DNA from: Candidatus Bipolaricaulia bacterium
Lineage (GTDB): Bacteria > Bipolaricaulota > Bipolaricaulia > JBHIAT01
Direction of reading: 5' to 3'
DNA length: 23,170 nucleotides
NCBI GenBank assembly: GCA_046758705.1
Contig: JBHIAT010000042.1
Location: 1-23,170, forward strand
Part shown: piece after piece, positions 8,525 to 16,679 of the stretch
Layout: each line of letters opens with the position of its first letter
Position numbering within the stretch: the stretch's first letter is position 1
Position numbers and translations under genes: made by a program
The notes under the pieces: model-generated
Database searches by the model: none
What the model was told of the DNA's origin: nothing
Seen by the model: only the letters and a program-made list of their open reading frames with translations

Positions 8525-9772
8525 ATGCAGATCGCAGACCGGATGGCAAGATTGGGCACCGAGACCGCGTTCGAGGTGCTCGCCGAGGTCGAGCGGCTTA
8601 AAGCAACCGGCAAGGAGATCATCAGCTTCGCTGTAGGTGAGCCGGACTTTGACACGCCGCGATGGATCAGAAACGCCGGCATCGACGCTCTGGAGCGCGG
8701 GGAGACCCATTATAACCCGTCCGCTGGAATCCGGCCGTTGCGTGAGGCAATCGCCCGTTATATCGAGCGCACCCGCGGGGTCGACGTCGATCCCGACGAG
8801 GTGGTCGTGACACCCGGGGCGAAGCCGGTCATCTTTGGCGCGATCCTCGCTTGTGTCAACCCGGGGGACGAGGTCATCTACCCCAACCCCGGCTTTCCGA
8901 TCTACGAATCGGTGATCGCGTTCGTGGGGGCTCGGCCCGTCTCGCTCCCACCCGTCGAGGAGCGGAGATTCCGTTTCGATGCACAGTTGTTGCGTTCGCT
9001 GATCACCCCGCGGACTCGAATGATCATCCTCAACTCTCCCCACAACCCGACCGGTGCAATGCTCACTCAGGAGGACCTCAAGACGATCGCCGAGCTGGCG
9101 AACCAACACGATCTGTGGGTCGCCTCCGATGAGATCTACTCCCGGATCATTTACGATGGGGCATTCCACAGTATCGTTTCGGTCCCCGGGATGAAAGAGC
9201 GCACCGTCCTGATCGACGGCGTCTCCAAGACGTATGCGATGACCGGCTGGCGGCTCGGCTTCGGGGTCATGAATCGGGAGCTGGCCGCCGGCCTCGCCCG
9301 CATCGCGACCAACGTCTACTCCTGTGTCGCCACCTTCACCCAACACGCAGCGTTCGCCGCCCTAGAAAAGGAGGAACCACAACGGGAGCCTGAGGCGATG
9401 GTCGCGGAGTTCAAGGTGCGACGCGAACTGATCTGGGAGGGGCTCAATGATATCCCGGGGATCCGCTGCCTCAAACCCGCCGGTGCGTTCTACGCCTTCC
9501 CGAATGTCACCGAACTCTGCCGGACATTGAAGCTGTCCGACTCGGGCGAGCTCCAGCGATTCCTGCTGCATGAGGCGGGGGTCGCGGTCCTCGGTCGAAA
9601 CTGCTTCGGACATCGTGATGCCAGCGAAACCGGGGAGTATATCCGGCTCTCCTACGCCACCTCCCAGGAGCAGATCACAGCGGGGTTGGAACGTATGCGG
9701 AAGGCCATCGAAGCGGGTGTCCCCTCCACCTCTCCGGCCTCGACTGAGATCCAATCGAGGGACGATTCATGA
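8525..9772 (+). CDS. PLP-dependent class I/II aminotransferase (aspartate aminotransferase-like)
   Basis: AGGAGG SD upstream of ATG 8525; 'GEPDFDTP', 'LNSPHNPTG', 'SDEIY', PLP-lysine motif 'SKTYAMTGWRLG', 'YIRLSYA'. Confidence 0.92.
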   Translation: MQIADRMARLGTETAFEVLAEVERLKATGKEIISFAVGEPDFDTPRWIRNAGIDALERGETHYNPSAGIRPLREAIARYIERTRGVDVDPDEVVVTPGAKPVIFGAILACVNPGDEVIYPNPGFPIYESVIAFVGARPVSLPPVEERRFRFDAQLLRSLITPRTRMIILNSPHNPTGAMLTQEDLKTIAELANQHDLWVASDEIYSRIIYDGAFHSIVSVPGMKERTVLIDGVSKTYAMTGWRLGFGVMNRELAAGLARIATNVYSCVATFTQHAAFAALEKEEPQREPEAMVAEFKVRRELIWEGLNDIPGIRCLKPAGAFYAFPNVTELCRTLKLSDSGELQRFLLHEAGVAVLGRNCFGHRDASETGEYIRLSYATSQEQITAGLERMRKAIEAGVPSTSPASTEIQSRDDS

Positions 9773-10836
9773 CACCAACACCATCTCGAAAGCGGCCAAA
9801 ACCCGTTCAGGTCGGGATCATCGGTGTAGGAGGGGTGGCTCAAGAGTCCCACATCCCCGGCTATCTCGCCGTTGATGGGGTTGAACTCTACGCTGTCTGT
9901 GACCTCATAGAGGAACGGGCCCAGAAGGTCGCCCGCCAGTTTAATATTCCCCACGTGTTCACTGACTATCGGGACCTGGTGGCACTGAAGGGCCTGGACG
10001 CGGTGAGCGTCTGCACCCCCAACAACTTCCATTGCGGACCGACGGTCGCTGCCTTGGAGGCCGATCTCCATGTGTTGTGCGAGAAGCCGATGGCCGGAAA
10101 CGCCGAGGATGGAGCAGCGATGGTGGAGGCCGCCCGCAAAAACAAGCGGATCCTTCAGATCGGTCTCCATGTCCGGTTCCAGAGCGATATTCAGGTGCTA
10201 AAGCGGTTCATCGACGCCGGAGAGTTAGGAAAGGTGTACTATGGCCGGGTGGTCGCCCTACGCCGACGGGGGATCCCGAGTTGGGGAACGTTCATCTCCA
10301 AGGCGGCCTCCGGAGGCGGCCCTCTGCTGGACATCGGCGTTCACGTCCTCGACGTGGCCATGTGGCTGATCGGCTACCCCAAGCCGACGACGGTGAGCGG
10401 GATGACCATGACGGCCTTCGGCAATCGGAAGGGGATCGTCAATCCTTGGGGGGAATGGGATGTGGCAAAGTTCGACGTGGAAGACTTCGCGACCGCCCAG
10501 ATTTACCTGGATAACGGTGCCGTCCTCACCTTGGAGACGAGCTGGGCCGCAAATGTGGACGATCCCGGCCCCCGCTTGCTCCTGTTTGGAGATGAAGGGG
10601 GAGCGCGTCTGATGCCGTTGACGATTTATCAGCAGCGTCACGGAGCCTTGGTCAACGTCACCCCCGACATCCCCCCTCAACGGGAGGACCCTCACACGAC
10701 CGAGATAACTGCCTTTGTTGAAGCGATCCGCGATGGAAAGCCCTCTCCAGTCCCCGCCGAGGAGTCGCTCGTCCTGGCCCGAATCTTTGACGCCATCTAT
10801 CAATCGTCGGAGACCGGGGAGATGATTAAGTTCTAA
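9769..10836 (+). CDS. Gfo/Idh/MocA family oxidoreductase
   Basis: Rossmann 'GIIGVGGVA', 'VSVCTPN', 'HVLCEKPM', 'GGGPLLDIGVH'; ATGA overlap with the upstream gene. Confidence 0.93.
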   Translation: MTPTPSRKRPKPVQVGIIGVGGVAQESHIPGYLAVDGVELYAVCDLIEERAQKVARQFNIPHVFTDYRDLVALKGLDAVSVCTPNNFHCGPTVAALEADLHVLCEKPMAGNAEDGAAMVEAARKNKRILQIGLHVRFQSDIQVLKRFIDAGELGKVYYGRVVALRRRGIPSWGTFISKAASGGGPLLDIGVHVLDVAMWLIGYPKPTTVSGMTMTAFGNRKGIVNPWGEWDVAKFDVEDFATAQIYLDNGAVLTLETSWAANVDDPGPRLLLFGDEGGARLMPLTIYQQRHGALVNVTPDIPPQREDPHTTEITAFVEAIRDGKPSPVPAEESLVLARIFDAIYQSSETGEMIKF

Positions 10837-10858
10837 GCTGCTAAGCGAGGTGTGCCCT

Positions 10859-11893
10859 ATGCCAGCTCATGCCCATTACCGCATTGGTATTGCGGGACTC
10901 GTTCACGACCACGTCTGGGGTCTGCTACCGGACTTTCAGAAGACCGGCGGAGCCGAGCTGGTCGCCGCCGCCGATCCCCATGAGCCGTTGAGAGCCAAGA
11001 TCGCTCAGAACTTCGGCATCGAAGACCTCTATGAGAATTACGGGCAGATGCTCGATGACAAACAGCTCGATATCGTCCTGGTCTGCACCTCCAACGCCGG
11101 GGCCACCCCGGTCGTCGAGGCGGCCGCCCAGCGTGGCATCCACGCCATCGTCGAAAAACCCATGGCCGCGAACCTGGAACAGGCCGATCGCATGCTTCAG
11201 GCGGCCGAGGAGGCCGGCATCCGCTTGATGATCAACTGGCCGACGGCCTGGATGCCAGCGATCCGATACGTCTACCGGCTCGCCGAGCAGGGAGACCTGG
11301 GAGAGGTCCACCGGATCCGTTACTTCGGCGGCCACAGCGGCCCCAAGGAGATCGGTTGCTCTCCCTACTTTTACAACTGGCTCTACGACGAGGAGCAGAA
11401 CGGCGGCGGCGCCAGCCTCGACTATGGTGGCTATGGCGCCAGCCTGTGTCGCTGGTTTCTCGGCGTTCCAGAGTCGGTCATCGGAGTGGCCACCCGACTG
11501 GTCAAAGATTACATCGACGTCGACGACAATGCCAGCCTGATCCTCCGCTATCCCCGAGCGCTCGGTCTGTGCGATGCGACCTGGACTCAGGTCGGACAGC
11601 AACCCCTCGGGCTGATCGTCAACGGAACTCAAGCGACCGCGATCATCGGGCCTGACGGTGTTCTGCTGGCCAGCCAGGATGAGCCCGGCGGCCGGCAGGT
11701 CACGCCACCACCGCTCCCGCTGGGCGAGCACAACGGTCCGGCCTACTTCCTGACCTGCCTCCGAGACGACCGACCGCTGGAAGGGTTGGTCAACCCCCGG
11801 ATCTCCCGGGACGCCGCGGAGATCGTCGAGGCCGGCGTCCGCTCAGCCAAGAGCGGAGAGGCGGTGAAGCTTCCCCTCAAAGGAGGTTTTTGA
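10859..11893 (+). CDS. Gfo/Idh/MocA family oxidoreductase (GLVHDH subgroup)
   Basis: 'IGIAGLVHDHV', 'VEKPMA', 'GPKEIGCS', 'NGGGASLDYGGYG'; GAGGTG SD before ATG 10859. Confidence 0.88.
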   Translation: MPAHAHYRIGIAGLVHDHVWGLLPDFQKTGGAELVAAADPHEPLRAKIAQNFGIEDLYENYGQMLDDKQLDIVLVCTSNAGATPVVEAAAQRGIHAIVEKPMAANLEQADRMLQAAEEAGIRLMINWPTAWMPAIRYVYRLAEQGDLGEVHRIRYFGGHSGPKEIGCSPYFYNWLYDEEQNGGGASLDYGGYGASLCRWFLGVPESVIGVATRLVKDYIDVDDNASLILRYPRALGLCDATWTQVGQQPLGLIVNGTQATAIIGPDGVLLASQDEPGGRQVTPPPLPLGEHNGPAYFLTCLRDDRPLEGLVNPRISRDAAEIVEAGVRSAKSGEAVKLPLKGGF

Positions 11894-11895
11894 AC

Positions 11896-13557
11896 ATGTC
11901 ATCCTATGAGATTCCTCAACTTCCAGAACCCCAGCCCCCCGCGCCAGATGAAGTGCTTCTGGTGGCCAACGGTGACCTGCGCCAAGCGGCCAATCAGACC
12001 TGCTGGGCAGCTCAGAAAGAGATGGAAGTCCTCATTACGGATGCCTTTGCTGGCGTGGGTATCACGGTGTGCCGCGCGCATCCCTATGATCCGGAGCTGG
12101 ATCACGGCTTCATCTGGAATCAGCGCATGGGCATGGATGTTTTTAAAGATATCCACCCCGACGCGCGATTGATCGTGGCCGAGGCGGTTTGGCAATACAG
12201 TCACCACGTCCTGGCCGGCCTGCGCAGCCATCGGGGACCGATCCTGACCTTGGCCAATTGGTCCGGTCAGTGGCCAGGACTGGTCGGCATGCTCAACCTC
12301 AATGGCTGTCTGACCAAAATGGGCGTGCCTTACAGCACCCTGTGGAGCGAAGATTTTAACGACGGATTCTTTTTGAACGGCATTCGCCAGTGGCTGAAGC
12401 AGGGCCGCATCGACCACGATACCAGCCACGTGCGCGATCTAAACATCGCTGATTTGCCTGCCGCCGAAGTCGAATTAGGCCAAGCGCTGGCTCACCAACT
12501 GGAACGGGAAAAGGCGATCCTGGGCGTCTTCGATGAAGGTTGTATGGGTATGTACAATGCGATCATCGACGACGAACTGCTCAACCCCATGGGGATTTAT
12601 AAAGAGCGACTGAGCCAATCGGCGTTGATCGCGGCGATGTGTCAGGTCTCGGACAAACAGGCAAACGCGGTGCGCGATTGGTTGGATGAACGCGGCATGA
12701 CCTTCGCCACCGGTCCCAATCCGGAGACGGATCTGACCGACGCGCAGATTTTGGAGCAGTGCAAGATGTACATCGCCGCGGTGCGCATCGCTCACGAGTT
12801 CGGCTGCGCCGCCATTGGTATTCAGTATCAGCAGGGACTGAAAGATATGGCCCCGGCGTCCGACTTGGCCGAAGGGTTGCTGAACAACGCCGAGCGACCG
12901 CCGGTCTACGATCAGGCCGGCGGCCAAGAGCTGTACGCCGGTCAGCCGTTGCCCCATTTCAACGAGGTCGACGAGTGTGCCGGCGTGGACGCGCTGGTGA
13001 CCAATCGGGTGTGGACGTCGATGGACCTTGACCCGGCCACGACGCTACACGACCTGCGCTGGGGCGAATGGTATGAGGGCGAAGGGATCGACAACTTCGT
13101 CTGGGTGTTCCTGATCTCGGGGGCGGCACCCGCCTCTCACTTCATCGGCGGTTACGCAGGGGCCGTCAGTGAACGCCAGCCACCGATGTACTTCCGCTTA
13201 GGGGGTGGCACCCTCAAAGGGGTGAGCAAACCGGGAGAGATCGTGTGGAGCCGGGTCTTCGTGCAGAGCGGTGCGCTGCACGCCGATCTGGGCCGGGCGA
13301 CCGTGGTGAAGCTACCTCAAGCCGAGACCGAGCGGCGCTGGCAGGCGACCACTCCCCAGTGGCCGATCATGCACGCCGTGCTGCACGGCGTCAGCCGCGA
13401 CCAGATGATGGCCCAGCATAAGGCCAACCACTTGAACGTCGCCTATGCTCCCTCGGCGGAGATGGCCGATAACGCGCTGGCGGCCAAAGCGGCGATGCTG
13501 GCCGAGCTGGGGGTGGCGGTGCACCTGTGCGGCAAATGCGGATCGTCATGGGAGTGA
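11896..13557 (+). CDS. L-fucose/L-arabinose isomerase-like protein
   Basis: AAGGAGG SD before ATG 11896; 'ANWSGQWPGLVG', 'DEGCMGMYN', 'IGIQYQQGLKD', 'PHFNEVDE', 'TLHDLRWG', 'HKANH' (candidate metal ligands). Confidence 0.8.
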   Translation: MSSYEIPQLPEPQPPAPDEVLLVANGDLRQAANQTCWAAQKEMEVLITDAFAGVGITVCRAHPYDPELDHGFIWNQRMGMDVFKDIHPDARLIVAEAVWQYSHHVLAGLRSHRGPILTLANWSGQWPGLVGMLNLNGCLTKMGVPYSTLWSEDFNDGFFLNGIRQWLKQGRIDHDTSHVRDLNIADLPAAEVELGQALAHQLEREKAILGVFDEGCMGMYNAIIDDELLNPMGIYKERLSQSALIAAMCQVSDKQANAVRDWLDERGMTFATGPNPETDLTDAQILEQCKMYIAAVRIAHEFGCAAIGIQYQQGLKDMAPASDLAEGLLNNAERPPVYDQAGGQELYAGQPLPHFNEVDECAGVDALVTNRVWTSMDLDPATTLHDLRWGEWYEGEGIDNFVWVFLISGAAPASHFIGGYAGAVSERQPPMYFRLGGGTLKGVSKPGEIVWSRVFVQSGALHADLGRATVVKLPQAETERRWQATTPQWPIMHAVLHGVSRDQMMAQHKANHLNVAYAPSAEMADNALAAKAAMLAELGVAVHLCGKCGSSWE

Positions 13558-13582
13558 TAGGGGTCTCTCTACCTTACACTCC
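13551..13582. terminator. Hairpin between convergent stop codons
   Basis: GGAGTG-a-TAGGGGT pairs with ACCTTA-CACTCC (with GU pairs). There is no clear U-tract. Confidence 0.35.
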
Positions 13583-14113
13583 TACCTCCCCCACACCTGA
13601 AACGACTCAAACCGAATCGCCGTCCCATCCGGATAAGCACCGGGATAGATGGTGCGGTCTATCCAGCCGATGGCGTAAACACCGACCTCAACTGGGTCCT
13701 CGACCGAAAACTCCACCGATCCGACGGTGTACCAGTCTGTGCCGTCTGTGCTACACAGAGCATAGACACGGCTGCCAAGTCGCTCCAACCGCAGAAAGAC
13801 GCGCTCGCTAGCCAAACGCCCGCGCCCGATGACCACATCTTCATTTCCGAGGCATCCTATGAACGAGATTTCGTACGCACCCTGGGTTCCTTTATCGAGG
13901 CGTAAGTAATTCTCCTGGTCCTTCCACAGTAGAATCCCACCCATGACAGGGTTTTCTCCGGAGACGGGCACACAAACCGTCTGGACGGCGAAGTCCCCCC
14001 AAACCGGTCGAAGAATGCGAGGAGCGCTCAGGTTCACATACCAGAGGTCCCGTCCGTTCGCGGCATGGATCTCCAGCCCGTCCTGTACGGTGAACGAGCA
14101 ATCGTCGAGAGGT
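13582..14113 (-). pseudogene. 5'-truncated concanavalin-A-like (DUF1349 / beta-xylosidase C-terminal-like) domain fragment
   Basis: The frame continues upstream of the track's GTG 14037 as 'PLDDCSFTVQDGLEIHAANGRDLWYVNLSAPRILRP..GDF', with 'FLRLERLG..VYALCSTDGTDW' further on. No SD or credible start; the protein-like character ends at TTAA 14115-14118. Confidence 0.65.
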
Positions 14114-14117
14114 CTTA

Positions 14118-14318
14118 ACAGGAATCCAGCGCGCCGAGGTCGCCGCGACCAATGCTCGGGACGAGCTGATTCAGGAGCTCCGAGACCGGATCGAGAGCCT
14201 GGAGCACCAACTCGAGCGTAGAGACCAGGAGATCGAGCGCCTTCCCGACATGCTCAACCGGCAGCTCCCGGGCAAAGTCTCGCCCTGGTGGAGACAGTTG
14301 TTTGGGAGGAGTAAATAG
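14118..14318 (+). pseudogene. Headless C-terminal fragment: coiled coil plus amphipathic membrane-targeting tail (…RDELIQELRDRIESLEHQLERRDQEIERL…LPGKVSPWWRQLFGRSK*)
   Basis: Open frame 14118-14318 with heptad pattern and PWWxxLFG end, typical of HTH-coiled-coil proteins of mobile elements. In-frame TGA at 14091 and no start codon before the coiled coil. Confidence 0.7.
14276..14318 (+). repeat. WW-tail repeat copy 1 (core CCTGGTGGA 14284-14292)
   Basis: gtc tcg ccc tgg tgg aga cag ttg ttt ggg agg agt aaa tag = VSPWWRQLFGRSK*. Confidence 0.75.
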
Positions 14319-14343
14319 ACGGTGTTCCTCCGTAACCTCCGTC

Positions 14344-14381
14344 AAAAAAGAGAACGCCGCCCTTGAGGCACAGGACGGCGT
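14344..14381 (-). terminator. Rho-independent terminator of the minus-strand Zn-ribbon gene
   Basis: Minus strand ACGCCGTCCT-gtgcctca-AGGGCGGCGT followed by TCTCTTTTTT, 6 nt after the stop codon. Confidence 0.75.
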
Positions 14382-14387
14382 CACCAA

Positions 14388-14630
14388 CTACGATACTAAG
14401 CCGATTGGCTTAGCAGCGAAAAGACGAACGTAGACACAGTTCGAGCAAACGAGCTGAACCATAGGAACCGAGGGGCCGCCGAGTTGTACTCCACCGTTGG
14501 TATATATAGGAGCACTAACAACATCACCAATGCTCCAGTTGTTAGCACCACAAACCGGACAGCTGTGCTGTCTGCCCCTGGTGTTGAGCCAGCTTTGGAC
14601 CCTCTGCTGTTCTGCTTGACTTAAAGCCAT
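14388..14630 (-). CDS. Small zinc-ribbon protein (80 aa)
   Basis: CPVC…CSNC pairs; AGGAGG SD; has its own promoter and terminator; similar to 15941..16216. Confidence 0.85.
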   Translation of the reverse strand: MALSQAEQQRVQSWLNTRGRQHSCPVCGANNWSIGDVVSAPIYTNGGVQLGGPSVPMVQLVCSNCVYVRLFAAKPIGLVS

Positions 14631-14665
14631 GATTCTACCTCCTCTCTAATGTTGAGGCCCAGAAG

Positions 14666-14738
14666 ATTATATAGTCGCATTGCCAAAATTTCAAATTGTG
14701 GCAATGTTTTGCACAAACAGGTTGGTTTGGGTTATGAT
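14666..14738. promoter_or_regulatory. Divergent promoters with a 29-bp palindromic operator
   Basis: Minus strand TTGAAA (14694-14689), 17 bp, TATAAT (14671-14666). Plus strand TTGCAC (14709-14714), 18 bp, TATGAT (14733-14738). Palindrome CATTGCCAAAATTT-C-AAATTGTGGCAATG at 14678-14706 (13/14). Confidence 0.65.
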
Positions 14739-14770
14739 GTTTTAAAAGAGGTTAAAGGGGGGAGTGAGGA

Positions 14771-15214
14771 ATGGAATTCTACACCAGCCAGGAGGTGGCA
14801 GAACAAACGGAAGTTCCTTATCGTACGCTCATGCGTTGGGTGAAGCAAGGATTGATTGACCCTACAGTTCCCGGGAGGCGGGGCCGCCAAACATTGTTCA
14901 CTAAAGAGGAATTTAGAGAGGTCGCGATTCTCGCCAAGTTGAGAAAGTTTCTGAGTGTGAAACAGCTTAGAGAAGCACTGAATTATCTACGCTCTCTGGG
15001 GCACAACCCTTTATCTGAGGGTGACTTCGCAATTGTCCGTGATATTAGAGGAGAGCGAGCTTTGTTTAAGATCTGCAAAGAAGGCGATGTTATCAAAGTC
15101 ATGGAAGAGGAACCAGGCCAACTTCGATTATTCCCCATCTACGATGTTGAAGAGCTTATAAAGGAAGCTGCACCGATACGAAAATCCTCAGAACAAGGGT
15201 ACTGGACAGATTGA
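14771..15214 (+). CDS. MerR-type HTH DNA-binding protein
   Basis: 'FYTSQEVAEQTEVPYRTLMRWVKQGLIDP…GRRGRQTLF', then 'LSVKQLREALNYLR'; G-rich SD upstream. Confidence 0.85.
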   Translation: MEFYTSQEVAEQTEVPYRTLMRWVKQGLIDPTVPGRRGRQTLFTKEEFREVAILAKLRKFLSVKQLREALNYLRSLGHNPLSEGDFAIVRDIRGERALFKICKEGDVIKVMEEEPGQLRLFPIYDVEELIKEAAPIRKSSEQGYWTD

Positions 15215-15252
15215 TGTCCTGGTGGAAACGTTGGTTTGGGAGAGGGGAGTAG
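15214..15252 (+). repeat. WW-tail repeat copy 2 (core CCTGGTGGA 15218-15226); reads as the 12-aa ORF MSWWKRWFGRGE*
   Basis: atg tcc tgg tgg aaa cgt tgg ttt ggg aga ggg gag tag. The ATG overlaps the MerR TGA, and the stop is 3 nt before the next gene. Confidence 0.7.
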
Positions 15253-15255
15253 CGT

Positions 15256-15828
15256 ATGGATTGGGTAACAATAGCCGTTGGTATAGGTGGCCCCATAATA
15301 GCCGTGATCGGTACCTTGCTCGGTAACGAAAGAGGGGCTCGGAATGCCCGGAAACAAATGGAGCTTCAACATCAATTTCAGCAAAGAGAGAGTGTTCGAC
15401 AGCAAAGGCACCGCTTCGTCGAACAGCAGGTTAAGGAACTTTACTCGCCGATGGTTGGAATCTATCAGGAAGCCCGTGGTAAACTTGTGGTGAGTCAGCG
15501 AATTAAGGCTGCCAGGAAGAAAGCAGGGGCTACCGAGTCTAAGGAGTCTATTGAATATGAACATAGACAAATAGAGGAAAAACTTATACCTGGTCTAGAA
15601 AAAATGCTTGATTTATTCAGAGAGAAGAGGTGGCTTGCAGAGGAGTCAACAGAAGAGTATTACCCCGGTCTTGTTGAGTTTATTGAGATTGAGAATCGCT
15701 TTAAGGCTGGTATCCTTTCTAGTGAGGTTCGTGATGAGCTTGATAAGTCTTCGTTTAGGGCGCTGTTTGAAGACCTCCAGAACCATCTCAGGCGGCTTCG
15801 TGCACAGCTCAGGGAGGGAATGGTTTAA
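15256..15828 (+). CDS. Hypothetical protein with N-terminal TM helix and helical soluble domain (190 aa)
   Basis: 'WVTIAVGIGGPIIAVIGTLLG' TM segment, Q/R-rich coiled region, GGGGAG SD; family not recognised. Confidence 0.75.
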   Translation: MDWVTIAVGIGGPIIAVIGTLLGNERGARNARKQMELQHQFQQRESVRQQRHRFVEQQVKELYSPMVGIYQEARGKLVVSQRIKAARKKAGATESKESIEYEHRQIEEKLIPGLEKMLDLFREKRWLAEESTEEYYPGLVEFIEIENRFKAGILSSEVRDELDKSSFRALFEDLQNHLRRLRAQLREGMV

Positions 15829-15843
15829 TGTTTGAGGTGAGAG

Positions 15844-15883
15844 AGTTTCGCCCTGGTGGAGGAGGTGGTTTAAGAAGGAATAG
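15844..15883 (+). repeat. WW-tail repeat copy 3 (core CCTGGTGGA 15852-15860)
   Basis: gtt tcg ccc tgg tgg agg agg tgg ttt aag aag gaa tag = VSPWWRRWFKKE*. Positions 15844-15861 match 14276-14293 at 17/18. Confidence 0.75.
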
Positions 15884-15940
15884 AGCTAGTCGGTATAAGA
15901 TCTCCTTAAACTGTGAGGTAGCTTCTGAAAGGAGTAGGTC

Positions 15941-16216
15941 ATGGAGTTAAATAAGGAGCAGATCCAGCAATTAGCTAAACACCTTAACGAAAAATGGCCA
16001 TCCCCACGAAACTGTTATGTCTGTAATGACACCCAATGGGAGATTTCGAACAAGGTATTTGAAATTCGAGAGTTTTTCGGTGGAGCGTTGACAGCTGGCC
16101 CCGTAATTCCAATTATCGTATTAGTGTGTAAAAACTGTGGTCACACTGTATTCTTTAGTGCAATGCGCTTAGGTGTTGTGAAACCAGAGGAGAAAGAGGA
16201 GAACAGAGATGAGTAA
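15941..16216 (+). CDS. Small zinc-ribbon protein (91 aa)
   Basis: CYVC…CKNC pairs; AAGGAG SD; same layout as 14388..14630. Confidence 0.85.
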   Translation: MELNKEQIQQLAKHLNEKWPSPRNCYVCNDTQWEISNKVFEIREFFGGALTAGPVIPIIVLVCKNCGHTVFFSAMRLGVVKPEEKEENRDE

Positions 16217-16679
16217 TCAGGGACCTCCTACTGTGACTGTGGCTAAAGACATTGAGTTCTTACCACCAAAGAAAGAGCAAGGAATTCCTATTACGATATC
16301 AGATTGGAGTCATTTGAAAACAAGGATTAGGCGACTTGGGATTGATAGTCTCCTCTTTCATACAATAGGGTCTGTGATTCTTGGTTTTGCAGGTTCAGCC
16401 CTCATTGCTGCATTAACTTTGCCTCAACGGGTTGAGCCCACCGAGAGTGAAATCGTGATTTGGGTGATTTTTGTAGCGGCTCTCTTCATTGGGGTACTCT
16501 CATTATACTTTGCTCATCAAACTAGAGGTGGTGTTCTCGATGAGATGCGTCGCCTTGAAGCGATGTATGTACAGCCCACCGATGAGGGCGGCGCTACCAT
16601 GCCCCAGCGGTGGCGATTATTATCGGTCAATACACCGGACTTCAGTCCGCGTGGACTTTCTCCTCTTTCCATGGTATAA
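16209..16679 (+). CDS. Two-TM hypothetical membrane protein whose 3' end is replaced by the mini-IS
   Basis: Overlaps the Zn-ribbon stop; two hydrophobic helices. The last ~19 codons come from the IS left end, and removing the IS gives …PQRWRLFRRRVQGS*. Confidence 0.75.
   Translation: MSNQGPPTVTVAKDIEFLPPKKEQGIPITISDWSHLKTRIRRLGIDSLLFHTIGSVILGFAGSALIAALTLPQRVEPTESEIVIWVIFVAALFIGVLSLYFAHQTRGGVLDEMRRLEAMYVQPTDEGGATMPQRWRLLSVNTPDFSPRGLSPLSMV

Noticed and set aside
14721-14731. GTTGGTTTGGG identical to 15230-15240 as a further tail copy
   Set aside because: Lacks the CCTGGTGG core and lies in a promoter spacer; may be chance.
14284-15860. CCTGGTGG as a Chi site
   Set aside because: One mismatch from E. 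coli Chi (GCTGGTGG), but Chi is taxon-specific and Trp-Trp codons explain TGGTGG. The 8-mer also occurs in coding DNA near 9975.
14276-15883. Classical integron attC sites or a CRISPR array
   Set aside because: The repeats lack RYYYAAC…GTTRRRY palindromes and are hundreds of bp apart; no intI or cas genes.
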